Origin: Stegostoma tigrinum
Lineage: Eukaryota
DNA: 64,000 bases
Reading direction: 5' to 3'
Assembly (NCBI RefSeq): GCF_030684315.1
Contig: NC_081356.1
Coordinates: forward strand, 15,525,197 to 15,589,196
Numbering within the stretch: position 1 is the stretch's first letter; every line of letters begins with the position of its first letter. Made by a program: the position numbers and the translations under genes. Shown one piece after another: positions 39,001 through 52,190 of this stretch. Below the pieces are notes generated by a model. The model ran no database searches. It was not told the DNA's origin and saw nothing but the letters and a program-made list of their open reading frames with translations.

Positions 39001-40949
39001 AAAAAATGCTTACCGTGGTTAATGCAGGGCAGGCAAAAGTGAGGGTCATAACCTAACTGGTGTCATGCTAATTGAACATCGGCCACTGTGGAACTCCATC
39101 AGGGTTACAACAGCTGCAGTCCCACAAAAACAGGCCTCAGCTCTCAGCCCTCAGCCCCTAAGCCCTGCTCAATGAGGGGTCGTGACAATTTACAAGTCAC
39201 AAAATGGGGTCATAATCTGGAAGATTTGTGGAAGCAATGGATTAATGTTTGCCCCTCTCCACATGCTTTGCCTAGTTTTCAAATTTTGCTTGGGTTTCCA
39301 AAACTAAAATCGTGAAGATCACCATCAGCGAGATCCACTCAAAATCACAGCATACTGACTTGGAACTATGTCGCCAGTTTTTCCGATGTTGCTTGGTTGT
39401 AATCCTGAAACTCCCAAGCAGCACTGTCAACGTAACTACACCCTGGGGATCGCAGCAATTGAAGAAAGCAGCCAACCACTATTTTCTCAAGAGCAGTTAA
39501 GGATTAGCAGCATTGCCGCACATGAAATACAATTATGGGGGTCTCCAGACTATGAGCATCCAACTTACGAATGCTCATAATTATTAACAAGATCCCACAG
39601 TACGAATAATTTTAAGGATCTGACATGTGACTGTTTGCTCGTGCTTCCAAACAAATATTTTATATTGTACTGTATTGTGTTCCAACTTGCATATACAAAC
39701 CAACTCACAAACATTCTCAAGGAATGGAACCAGTTTGTAACCAGGCATCCGCTTGAACTACCTGAGTTTAATTTCATCAGCTGGCACTGTGGGAGTTGAA
39801 CACACTAGCCTGTGCTTCTGGGTATTAATATTATGTCAATGCTTCACCGTATACCTAAATAGGGACAGATAAAAACGGAATACCTCTGAAAGAAGAGAAT
39901 CGTTTAAAGCAAACCTCTTATTATATAGCATGGGATTCAACAGTGTATTTTATCACTTAAATACCAAAACACAGAGGTAAAAACATCATAAATGAAGTGA
40001 AAATGGTTTCCATCCTAAAGAGACAAGTTCATTCGAACTGAACCATTTCTCATTTTTAGTCAGCAGAAAACGATTATTAGTGTAGAGCTAGATGTGTAAG
40101 TATGGACATTACTTGCTTGGTTTAACATATAACTACAAAAAATACAAAGAATCTATGAAGAATGTATGAAGAGGTTTATTGAAGAGAATCCATTATTGAT
40201 ATCAGTGTGAATTATCACTTGATTCAATGTTATTGAAGATTATGTCAATTTGGAAAATTAAACCTTAAGCAAATTCCAAATTGAAGGATTAGCACTTGAA
40301 GTCAGAGGCATTTTCTTTTGTAAGTGGTGTAGTAACAATTGTAAATCATATCTTATAAACATCCTTTTTCTACACATTTGAAGACTGGAGGAAGATGGGA
40401 CTAGATAAACATTCTGATTTACCCAGAACTATTTCAGTGCAGTCCCAAAGTAGCAGAGGATGGAAGGGAAATCGCATAATACTAGTGTGGCATAGGGTGT
40501 GAATGTATTTTATGGAGTTACCATTTGGTCTTTTTCATGGTTTAAAATGTTCTAAATTTGTTAAGGAGCCTACCATATCGTTTACTTGGAAATTCAATTA
40601 GAATGTTGGTGTACTCTGGGCAGTATTGTCCTTAACTCGACAAAGTCCAGGTAGAGAGAAGTGAAAAGATACAACCACAGTAAAATATTAATGATCCAGC
40701 ATGTGCAGGAAAGGGTCATGTTGGTTAATCAAACATGCTGGTTAACAGAGTTACATTGCTGATGGAATACAGCACAATATCTGGAGCATGAAATTTCAAA
40801 AAAAGAATATAATGTGCAGCAACTAGGGGAGTAAAAACAATTTCTTTTACTTCTAATCTGCAACAGTAAGTCAAAATACAAAGTATAAAGTGATACTTCA
40901 GTCTTACATTAAATCCTTCAAAAGTTTCTTTTCAAAAATGTGCTAACAA

Positions 40950-43900
40950 GTGTCCAGAGACAGTTTGTTCCTGTTAGGGTGAAGAGCAAGGCTGGTAAGT
41001 CTAGGGAATGCTGGATGACTAGAGAAATTGAGGTTTTGGTCAAGAAAAAGAAGGAAAGAGATGATGTGAATCCCTAAAAGAGTGTAAGAACATTAGGAAC
41101 AGTTCATTCATAAAGTCAGAAGGTATGGGATACAGGGTGATTTGGCTGTCTGGATTCAGAATTGGTTGGCTGACAGGAGGCAGAGAGTGGTTGTAGATGG
41201 TAAGTATTCTGCCTGGAGGTCAGTGCTGAGTGGTGTCCCGCAGGGCTCTGTTCTTGGGCCTCTGCTCTTTGTAGTTTTTATAAATGACTTGGATGAGGAG
41301 GTTGAGGGGTGGGTTAGTACGTTTGCTGATGACACAAAGGTTGGAGGTGCCGTTGATAGTATCGAGGGCTATTGCAGGCTTCAGCGAGACATTGACAGAA
41401 TGCAGAGCTGGGCTGAGAAATGGCAGATGGAGTTCAACCTGGATAAATGCGAAGTGATGCATTTTGGAAGGTCGAACATAAATGCTGAATATAGGATTAA
41501 AGGCAGGATTCTCGGCAGTGTGGAGGAACAGCAGGATCTTGGTGTTCAAGTGCATTGCTCCCTCAAAGTTGCCACCCAGGTGGATAAGGTTGTTAAGAAA
41601 GCATACGGTGTTTTGGCTTTCATTAACAGGGGGATCGAGTTTAAGAGCCGCGAGGTTATGCTGCAGCTCTACAAAACCCTGGTGAGACCACACTTGGAAT
41701 ACTGTGTCCAGTTCTGGTTGCCCTATTATAGGAAAGATGTGGAGGCTTTGGAGAGGGTGCACAGGAGGTTTACCAGGATGCTGTCTGGACTGGAGGGCTT
41801 GTCTTACGAGGAGAGGTTGACAGGGCTCAGACTTTTCTCTCTGGAGAGAAGGAGGAAGAGAGGTGACCTGATCGAGGTGTACAAGGTAATGAGAGGCATG
41901 GATAGATTCGATAGCCAGAGACTTTTCCCCAGGGCAGGACTGACTGCCACGAGGGGTCATAGTTTTAAGGTGTTAGGAGGAAGGTATACAGGAGACGTCA
42001 GAGGGAGGTTCTACACCCAGAGAGTTGTGAGCGCATGGAATAGTTTACCAGTGGTAGTCGTGGAAGCGGAGTCATTAGTGACACTTAAGCGACTGCTGGA
42101 CATGCACATGGACAGCAGTGAATTGAGGGAATGTAGGTTAGGTTATTTTACTTTTGGATTAGGAATATTCCACGGCACAACATCGTGGGCCGAAGGGCCT
42201 GTACTGTGCTGTTCTTTTCTATGTTCTATGTTCTATGTTCTAGGAGTATAAATAAGAGGGAAATCATGAAGGCAAAAAAAGGGACATGAGACAGTTTTAG
42301 CAAATAGGGTTAAGATGAATCCAAAGGGATTCTACAAATACATTAAGGTCAAAAGAGCAACTACAGAAACATCAGCGAGGCCGTCTATGTGTGGAACCGC
42401 AGGAGACAGGGGAGAAGCTAAATAAATATTTTGCATCAGTGTTTACTGTGGAGAAGAGTATGGAAGACAGAGAACATGGAAAAATAAATAGTGGCATCTT
42501 GAAAGATGCCAATATTACAGAGGAAGTGGTGCTGGACGTCTTAAAATGCATAAAGGTGGATAAATCCTCAGGACCTGATCAGGTGAATCCTAGCGGTCTG
42601 TGGAAAGCTAGGAAGTGATTGCTGGGCTCCTTGCTGAGATATTTGTATTGTCAACAGCCACAGGTGAGGTGCCAGAAGACTGGAGGTTGGCTAACATGGT
42701 GCCACTATTTAAGAAAGGTGGTAAGGAAAAACCAGGGGAACTGTAGGCTGGTGAGCCTGACATCAATGGCGGGCTAGTTGTTGGAATCCTGAGGAACAGG
42801 ATTTACATATATTTGGAAATGCAAGGACTGATTAGGGATAGTCAACATGGCTTTGTGCACAGGAAATAATGTCTCACTAACATGATTGAGATTTTTGAAG
42901 AAGAAACAAAAAGGATTGATGAGGGCAGAGCAGCGCACGTAATTTATATTCACTTCAGTAGGGCGTTCACCAAGGTTCTGCATGGTAGACTGGTTAGCAA
43001 GGTTAGATTACATGGAATACAGGAAGAACTAGCCATTTGAATACAGAACTGGCTCGAAGGTAGAAGACAGAGGGTAGTGGTGGAGGGTTGCTTGACAGTC
43101 TGAAGGCCTGTGACCAGCAGTGTATCACAAGGATTGGTGCTGAGTCCACTGCTTTACATCATTTATATAAACGATGTGGATGTGAACATACGAGGTATGG
43201 TTAATAAGTCTGCAGATGATATCAAAATTGGAGGTGTAGTAGACAGTGAAGAAGGTTACCTCAGCCTACAATGGAGCCTTGATCAGACGGGGTGAAGACT
43301 GGCAGGTGGAATTTAATTTAGATAAATATGAAGTGCTGCATTTTCGAGAGGCAAATCATGGCAGACTCATATAATTAATGGTAATGTTCGGGGGAGGGTT
43401 GTTGAACAAAGAGACCTTGGAGTGCAGGCTCAATGTTGTCAGTAGATTCCCAGGTTTACAGGATAGTGAAGACCATGTTTGGTATGCTTGCTATCACTGC
43501 TCAGTACAGGAGTTACCAGATCATGTACAGGAGATTGGTTAGGCCACTTTTGGAATAGTGCTTGCAATTGTGGTCTATATAGGAAGTATGTTGTGAAACT
43601 TGAACAGGTTCAGAAAGGTTGTACAAGGATGTTGCCAGGGTTGAAGGGTTTGAACTACAGGGAGAGGGTGAACAGGGTAGGGCTATTTTCCCTGGACCAT
43701 CCGAGGCTGTGGGGCGACCTCATAGAGGTTTATAAAGTCATCAGGGGCATGGACAGGCTGATTAGTCAAGGTCTTTGCCTGGGGTATAGGAGTCCAAAAC
43801 TAGAGAGCATAGGTTTAAGGTGAGAGGGGTAAGATTTAAAAGGGACTTAAGGGGTAGCTTTTTCACACAGAGGGCTGTGCATGTATCAAACGAGCTGTCA

Positions 43901-44067
43901 GAGGAGGTGGTGGAGGCTGATACATTACAACATTTAAAAGGCATCAGAGTTTAGACGGATATGGGACAAATGCTGGCAAGCGGGACTACATTAAGTTAGG
44001 ATACCTGGTCAACATGGACAAATTGGACCAAGAAGTCTGTTGCCATGCTGTACAGCTCTATGACTCT
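40950..44067 (+). mobile_element. Older CR1 LINE (ORF2 central and RT region plus 3' end), interrupted by the 41104-42241 copy
   Basis: Fragments such as LNKYFASVFT, VDKSSGPD, SQHGF and SADDIKIGG carry stops and frameshifts. CTATGACTCT-type tail. Confidence 0.88.
41104..42241 (+). mobile_element. Young 5'-truncated CR1 LINE with uninterrupted RT reading frame, nested in an older CR1
   Basis: 369-aa ORF with GVPQGSVLGP and FADDTK motifs and a (TTCTATG)n tail. The flanks on both sides are older CR1 ORF2 sequence. Confidence 0.94.
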
Positions 44068-44167
44068 CAGCTCTTGTTTAACCAAGGCACTTTGGCAAAG
44101 ATATTCTGAAGGAGCAGCCACTGGGTGTTGAAAGTTTTAACATATCTAAAATTTTCATGGAACAGAA

Positions 44168-44524
44168 CCATGGAATCCCTACATTGCAGGAAGAAGCTAT
44201 TTGGCCCATCGAATCTGCATTGTCCCTCTAAAGAATATCCCATCCAGGCCAAGCCCTCCAGCCTATCCCTGTAACCCCGCACTTCCCATGGATAATCCAA
44301 TTAGCCTGCACATCTTGGACACTATTGTCAATTTAGTATGGCCAATCCATATAACCAGCACACCTTTGGCCTGTGGGAGGAAACAACAGCACCTGCCCGA
44401 ATCCCACACAGAAAAAAGGAGAGTATGCAAACCCCACACAGACAGTCGACCAAGGCTGGAATTGAACTCAAGTCCCTGGCACTGTGAGGGAGCAGTGCTA
44501 ACCACTGAACCACCATGCTGACCC
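44168..44524 (-). mobile_element. tRNA-derived SINE (HE1/V-SINE type)
   Basis: The reverse complement begins GGGTCAGCATGGTGGTTCAGTGGTTAGCACTGC. Confidence 0.85.
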
Positions 44525-44943
44525 TGACAGGTTTTAAAGAAAAACGTTTTCTTTAAAAAAAACGTTTAATACCATAAACCATCACCTGCCTTTGAGCTGA
44601 AGACCAACCATAAAAAGCATGTCTTCAACTTGTGACAGTGGGAAGAGTGTGGCAACGCATTTTGCTGATTGATCTCTCAATGTGCTTCATGTGGACATTG
44701 CCACAGACAGCTGAAGTGCCCACTGCAGCTAACAAACTAGCTAAGTTCTTGTTTCTCATTGTACCTAGCAAATACCACTGCTTCATCGCTGACTGCAAAA
44801 CCCAGGCCAATATATTGGTCAGCACTTTAAAATATAGCAACTACTCATTGCAATAGTATAAAAATATCAACCATTTCTTGTCTCCTCAATTTGCAAAACT
44901 GTTCAAAGTCCACACTGTATAGTAATGTGGCAATGATACTCAC

Positions 44944-45133
44944 CAATTGTGCTCTTGCAAAAATTATAGGCAGCCCAAAAGCTGAGACGACAATGCCTGT
45001 AGTGAGAAATATGGCAAGTTCTTTACATGCACTGCTGGCTGCATCAGTAGTATCATCAACTACTCTCCTTCCTATGTAGTAGGGGATTGGAGAAAGAATG
45101 TAAAAGAAAAGAACAAACAATGGCCAGTATTTG
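44944..45133 (-). CDS. LEPROTL1: LEPROTL1 coding exon 3 (190 bp)
   Basis: Reads [63 protein letters not shown] (Vps55/OB-RGRP family). Long polypyrimidine tract plus cag acceptor, donor GTGAGT. Confidence 0.96.
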
Positions 45134-46954
45134 CTGCAAGAGAAACAGGAAAGAAAAAAAAGAGAAAAAAACAGATGAAGCATAAGACAAATATCTTGAT
45201 ACTACCAAAAGCAATCACATATTTAGCTATTGAAACTCCCTTTGCAACTCGTCAGATGATCACATTTTTTGACACGATCCCCCATATAGTTCATAACTCT
45301 GTGCTGCCCCATGCATTACAGATCGAATCTTGATTTTCATCACTGCAATTCAAATCAGCGCAGGCAATTACCAAAACACCACTTCAGTGAAAATTAACAA
45401 TGCTCTAAGGATCGTCTGTTTGCTAGAAGTATCGATTTATCGTTAGCCATTACATAAAATAAGCATTCGAAACTGCTCATCTCAGCTACACAGAAATATT
45501 TTTAGAATACATAAATGCTTGAACTAGCAATGTTGATGGAGGGGCAAATCATTGATAAAAGAACTACATACAAAAGTGTAGTGAAATGGGACACTATTCT
45601 AAATTATCATTCCAAAGGGACAATGAGAAAATATAACCTGGGACAAATAGAGGGATTGATGAGAATAAAAATGGGAACAAAGCAATGTGAAACCTAACAG
45701 GATCAGAACTGCAGTTGTTCTACACACGTGTAGAAAACACGAGAAATGATGACTGGAGAACTAGACTCACTAATTAGATTGGAAGGATATGACATGGCAA
45801 CCTTAACAACTTGACTTTAACCATAATAAAACTAGAAACTATAAACGTCCTGCATAAATTCAAAAATGTAAGGAAGTCTCTGTAATTAAGGATATTTAAT
45901 TCCTGCCACAGAAAAAAGATTTTATTGTGTGGCAAATGTGTCCTGGATTACACAGAAAGGAAAAGTAAGATAAGAAAATACCATGAGGCCAATGCTTCAC
46001 ACCTTCCATTAAGACAGTCCACCATCCATGCAAACACTAGTATACTACATGCTAGGAAAGGCAAAAAGCTCAAAGCAAAAACTTTGGGGAAATTCTTTCC
46101 AAAAACACTAATTATACTCAATGAATCTCAATAGACTAAGGTTACCCATAACACATTAAACACTGCTTGAATGAAGGAACTAGAATAATCATGCCACCAA
46201 CTGGACTGGTCTGAAACAGGTTAACATTTTATTTTATATCCAATATCCTTTATTATTTCACAAGCTTGACCACTTATACTTATCATACTCATTTTCAGTT
46301 TCTCCACATACAACTCCCTCTGCAACGAGTTTGAATTATTTGACCTTGATCCAGGCCATCAGAGGCCAACTTCAACAATACTCCTCAAGCTTCTAAATAC
46401 TCTAGCCCAAAATAAACACCCTTGACACCTCCAGCCTTTTGTTTCAGCTCAGACAGGCATTCATCTCTAAGCTTAGGTGCCTTTATAATCCCCACACGTC
46501 AGCTACACTTGTCAACATAATACAGCTTTCTGATTTCTGCGCTAATCTCAAAGTGGGGTTACAAATTAATTGTAAGTTTCATGCTATATTATACAACAAA
46601 GTAAGAAAGAATCAGGATGACATTTACAGAGGCCTTCTGCAGTAACTATTACAATAGTTGAAATAATGTGGTGTCTAAAGTTACCTGGGAAAATACAAAG
46701 ATAAACGTCTTAGAATGGACCCAGGGCTGTTGACCAGTGAGCCTCCTGGCCAAATGTGGCTTTGATTGACAAAGCAGATAGAATATATCAGTTATAGATA
46801 GGAATATGTTCAGGAAATAGCGTGAAAGAACAGGGTCAAACATTTTGGGCCATTCTGGATTTGAAAAAGTGAGGAACTGGCACAGAAGCTTAATAAGTAT
46901 TTTGCACAGGATAATAAAAAACTTGTTTCAGAGAATGTGAATTTTTTTTAATAA

Positions 46955-47357
46955 TTAAAGCCTTGCCTTGAGGGGAGATCTCATAGAAACATATAAGATT
47001 ATGAAGAGAATAAATAAGGTGGAGGCAGGGAGGTTGTTTCCGCTAGCAGGTGAAACTAGGACTAGAGGGCATAGCCTCAAATAAAGGGAAGTAGATGTAG
47101 GATTGAACTCAGGGGGAACTTCTTCACCCAAAGGGTTGTGAATCTGTGGAATTCCCTGCCCAGTGAAGCAGCTGAAGCTACCTCATTGAATGTTTTTAAG
47201 GCAAGACTAGATAAATTTTTGAACAGTAAAGGAATTAAGGGTTATGGTGAGTGGGCGGGTAAGTGAAGCTGAGTCTCAAAAAGATCAGCCAAGATCTTAT
47301 TAAATAGCGGGGCAGGCTCAAGGGGCCAGATGGCCTGCTCAGAGTTCTTATGTTCTA
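46955..47357 (+). mobile_element. CR1 3'-end fragment
   Basis: ttgagggggagatctcatagaaacatataagatt through to a TTCTTATGTTCT tail. Confidence 0.8.
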
Positions 47358-49719
47358 CCTATACACATCAGGTCTCATTTAGTTACAATGCAGGAGACAG
47401 AGATACAGGAAAAGGAAAAGTTCTCTGATTGGTGGGGTGTGACAAGTGAGATTTGGCAGGAAATTTTACTGAAGTCACACCTTTTAGTCATATATGGCAA
47501 TGATCTGAATGAACAATAGAGAGCTGTATATCCAAACTTGCAGCTAAGACTGGGTTAAAAGATTGATTTGTGAAAAGGGCAGCACAAATTACAAAGAAAC
47601 AAATTACTGCACGGGCAAACTAAGAACAAATAGGGTTATATGGGTGAAAATGGGAGATTAGCCACTTTTAAAGTTATTCTGATTTCTCCAAACTGCAATA
47701 CAAGCAGTGAAAGCTAGCACACAAGAACAAAAACACAACCAGAAAGAATAATAAAATGTTGGATTGAACTATTTAGGGTCTAACAGGATTTGGTAAGGAG
47801 GCAGACTAATGACGAAAACAGTGCCACTGTCCTGCAAGGTGACCTATATTCCAATCTGAGGCCATTTTCCCAAAGGTGGAATGGGGCAGATGACAATGCT
47901 GCAAGCAGTCGGGTAGACAAGCGACCTGTATAAAATATTCAGTAATGCTGATTGCTAAACTTCCAATGCCCCATAGGATTAGCACTGATGCTCGAAGGCA
48001 ATTTCCCAACTGTAGATCAGGTGCCAAGAATCCAAGCATGCTTAATGACCCTTAGTGCCTGTCTAGTATTGAGGGACAGACCCTCCATCGTAATTACCCT
48101 AACTACAAAGTTTTTTTTCTTCTGGGTTTCAGGAAGTTTAAATAAGCTTGAAACAGTGAGCATCCAGGTCACGCTACAGCTGCTTTCAAGTGGGAAGCCT
48201 TTCTATTGAAGATCCACATGCTTCCCACTGTACAATTTAGAAAATATCATAGGGAAGTGTTTGTTCCCCACACTGTGGGCTTCTGGCTCTTGGTTGAGCC
48301 TAACGCAGATGAAATCCCACCCTTGGTCTTTTATCTCAAAAGGAGAGGAATTATAGAAATTAGAAAGTGGTATTTTTGTCATTCAAACCCCTAGTGAATT
48401 CCCAACAGGAGCACTCCAGTAAGCTTTGAATGCAAACTTCTGAAAACATATACTGCCCTTGGATGGAGTATAGTACAGCACAGATCATCCAGAAATATTT
48501 CACAGTTGAAAGGATTAAGTTAGGAGAACAGATTGCATAAACCTGATTTGTACTCCCAAATATTTAGATGGAAGATATTTTTAAAATACAAAAAAGGATT
48601 TGTTCAGGTTGCCACAGTGAAACAATTTCCTCTGTTGGGAAATTCCAGGCCAAAGATATATAGATGTAGCCCAAATGGAAATGAAACCAGGAAATGAACT
48701 TCAATAAACACTAATAAATTTTAACCCTTAAAAAAAAGCTGTGGACATTAAGATAATTTAAGTTTACGAAACATTTTTATTCGATAAAGGCATCAAGATA
48801 TAAAACAAAAGCTGGTTTAAAAGAAGTTGACAGACACATTAGCCATGAACTAACAGAACATTAGAATAGGTTCAAAGAGATGAATGGTCTATTTCTATTC
48901 CTATTTACCACAAGAAATTCCTGAAGGAGGGACTATTATTTAAAAGGGTGTTTGATAAATATTTGAGAAGAAATGATTAAAAGAAAGAAATTGTACAAAG
49001 GTCCAGCTGAAGGAGCACTGGAACAAAGATGATGCACTGGATATTTTTTGTCTGTCAATCCTATCATTCTAGATAACACACATCTAGATACAGTCTCAGA
49101 GCTTTCACTGCATCAGCAACCAGAATAGTCAACTTCATCACAGACAATATGAGTAAAAACAATCAGCATTATATTGACATTTGATTTGGACAAGAGTAGT
49201 TATGGAAAAGAACAAGAGAAAAAGCAATGGCAAAGATATTTAAATGGAAAGGATGAATTTAGAAAGCTGGTAGTTCAGCAAGAAACTAAACTATTCTGCT
49301 GAGGGACTAAGGAAAGGCATCCAAAGCTGCAGCTTCATGAACAACCAAAAAAATTGACCTTAAATGAAAAGCAAAAAAAAGGCTTATGACACAATATGAT
49401 CTGGTTAATAATACGATAGGGAATTAAGCTTAACACTATAAAGACCATATTATTTTCTCTTTATTGTTTATTATCACTTAATTGCCATCATCCATAAAAT
49501 GCAGCATGGGTCCCATCTCCCAAAAGTACAGGGCTACCTCCTGCTTTCAGCCCCAGAAGCAGGATTTTTGCCACCTCAGGAGAATTCTCATTCTCACACC
49601 TGACTGTTAAAGAAGACAATGCTGCTAATGTCATAATAAAGAAGAAAAAGGTAGAGAAATTATCTGGGACATAAATAGATCAAGGAGGTGATTAGAAGTT
49701 TGTTTTCTTGGAGTACTGC

Positions 49720-51390
49720 TAGTTAGGAAGGGATGTACCCAAGATACTCAATGAAGCAAGGGTGGACATTGAGGCTTTGGCAACAACCTCCCAATTTGCC
49801 TTGGACACGAGTAACCCCAGGGAATGAAGGATTGCTAGTACTTCTGTTCCCACTTTTGAACAGTGGAAGAAATAAATCAGGCAGTGTTGTCAACAGTATG
49901 AAAACTTCTACAGATCATAATCCAAGACAATATTAATATCACTTGATTAATAAATGATAGTCAATACAGATTTTTTAGTGGGAAATCATCTCTGACAAAC
50001 TTTATTTAATATTCTCATTGCAATTACTGAGAGGTGATGAAGGTGATATAATTAACGTTGTATGTATAGGTTACCGAAACTGATTGATAGCGTGCATAAT
50101 GGACATACAAAAACTGAAGCTGATACAATCAGCAGGGCAGCAAAGACACAAGAGTAGCACCAAGAAAAACAAATTATAAGTGACTGATTATTTTTCACAG
50201 TAGTGTCCTCAGCAGTCAGTATTAGAATCACTGCTATTCATCATGTGTATTAGCAACCTAGACTCAAGGATATAAAGCATAGCTTCAAGCATTACAGATA
50301 GCACAAAGCTCAGAAATGCAGTCATATATATTATAGAGGAGAGCAGTAAACTGAAAGAAGACCTACGCACACTGTGACGTAGGAAGGTGCATCACAGATG
50401 AAATGCACCCTATGGAGTGTGAAGTGATGATAAATTTTGGATAATAAATTTGATGAGCACATTATAAATAAATAAAATTAAAGAGGTTAACATTGTTTCA
50501 GAGATAGTAGGAACTGCAGATGCTGGAGAACCTGAGATAGCAAAGTGTAGAGCTGGATGAACACAGCAGGCCAAGCTGCATCAGAGGAGCAGGAAAGCTG
50601 ACATTTCGGGCCTAGACCCTTCTTCAGAAAATTTTCTGAAGAAGGGTCTAGGCCTGATACTTCAGCCTTCCTGCTCCTCTGATGCTGCTTGGCCTGCTGT
50701 GTTCATCCAGCTCTACACCTTGCCATCTTAAAAGAGGTACATGATCAGAGCGTCCTGGAGATGTGAGTAGATAAATCTTTAAAAATTGAAGTTTTAAAAA
50801 GCATATTAGTTGCTTTGCTGTAGATAAGGAAGCACAAAAGAAAGATAGATATACTCAACATTTGAAAAAATCATTAGGTTTTAGCAAGACAATTGTATCC
50901 AATTTTGGGCACCCACTCTTTAGAAAGGACATCAATACCAGGCTGTTGGTACAGAGAAAGTTTATCAGAATAATATCAAGCATGATGAATGTCAGTTACA
51001 TAGAAAGACTGAAGGAACTGGGATTATCTGCCCTAAAGTAGGAAAGGTTAATGGGAGATTTAATAGTTGTGCTTAAAATTATGAAGGTTTTTAATAAGAT
51101 CAGATGGAAAGAAATTGTTTCGATTGGCACAAGAGTTGGATGATCGATTTAAAATAATTAACAAAAATAAGAATGGAGATACAAAATGCCAGTGAGTTAC
51201 AATAATCTGTGATGCACTGCCTGAAAGGATGATGGTGGCAGATTCAATCAGAATTTTCAAAAGGGCATTGGATTTCTGTTTTTAAAAAAAGTACTGTATC
51301 ATGGAAATGAGCTACTAATAGTAGCTTCTCCAAAAAGCTTATAAAGGCAAGAAGGCCAAATAGCTTCCTTTTGTGCTGCATAGTCCCATG
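49720..51390 (+). mobile_element. Old decayed CR1 LINE containing a Penelope fold-back insertion
   Basis: Scattered RT-like remnants (gtgtcctcagcagtcagtattag; gtatccaattttgggcaccc; ggagatttaatag). Confidence 0.55.
50499..50728. mobile_element. Penelope-derived fold-back element with a hammerhead motif in each arm
   Basis: Inverted arms centred on CAGAAAA|TTTTCTG (50631/50632). Decayed flanking duplication TAAAGAGGT / AAAAGAGGT. Confidence 0.88.
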
Positions 51391-51819
51391 ATCCATTAAT
51401 CCAACACCAGTCTTCACTGAAATTTTATTCTCAATATTGATCTATTTGCTTCCAGTCTCCTTTAACATATGTAACAGTTTCTTACACATTAGTGGATCCT
51501 ACAGCAAATGTAGCCCAAAAAAATGAAACCAGATTTCCTATATTAACCTTGTAACATAGTGGAAGGTTTATGACAGAGTATACTTGTAACTTCCCATTTT
51601 GTGTGGTAAATATTGCTCAAGTTTTGAGAATTAGATGGCATGTGTGTAAAGCACATTGTCCTTAATTTTCTTCTAATTCAATCCAGTCTAGACTAATAAA
51701 TAAAATGTCTTGTGTGTTTAGGTTAATGGGCTGTGAGAAATACAGCTCCTGGTGATGCATCTTTCCAGCATTAAATTTGAAAATAAAAATATTGCATTTA
51801 TATTGTGCCTTTCATTACT

Positions 51820-52190
51820 TCAGGACAAAATGTTCTCTACAGCCACTTTTGTGGCAACTACTGTCAAAATGTGGAAACATGGCAGGAAATTTTCCACAGG
51901 GCAAGTTTCCACAAACAAGGTAATCATGACCAAATAAGGTGTTTTTAGTAACGGTAGCTGCAGATGAACATTGGCCTGAGCATTACGAAGAACTCCACTG
52001 CTCCCCAACTAATGCCATGGGGCATTTTACATCCATCAGATGAGACAGACAGGTCCTCAGACTTATTTGAAAGCCAATGCATCCAATAGCATAGGTCTCA
52101 TTTAATACTAAAATCAGAAGTGTCACTAAGAATGTGTTCAGATCTCTGCTGTAGACTTTGAAACTACATCTTCTGTCTCAGTGAGCTGCA
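51820..52190 (-). mobile_element. Old DeuSINE-like element (resembling SacSINE1/AmnSINE1)
   Basis: gaactccactgctcccc...tgccatggggcattttacatcca...gacag matches the reverse complement of the Deu core as I recall it. Confidence 0.5.

Noticed and set aside
41142-42251. 369-aa RT ORF as an active or domesticated gene
   Set aside because: It is 5'-truncated with no endonuclease, promoter or ATG start. The open frame is explained by young age.
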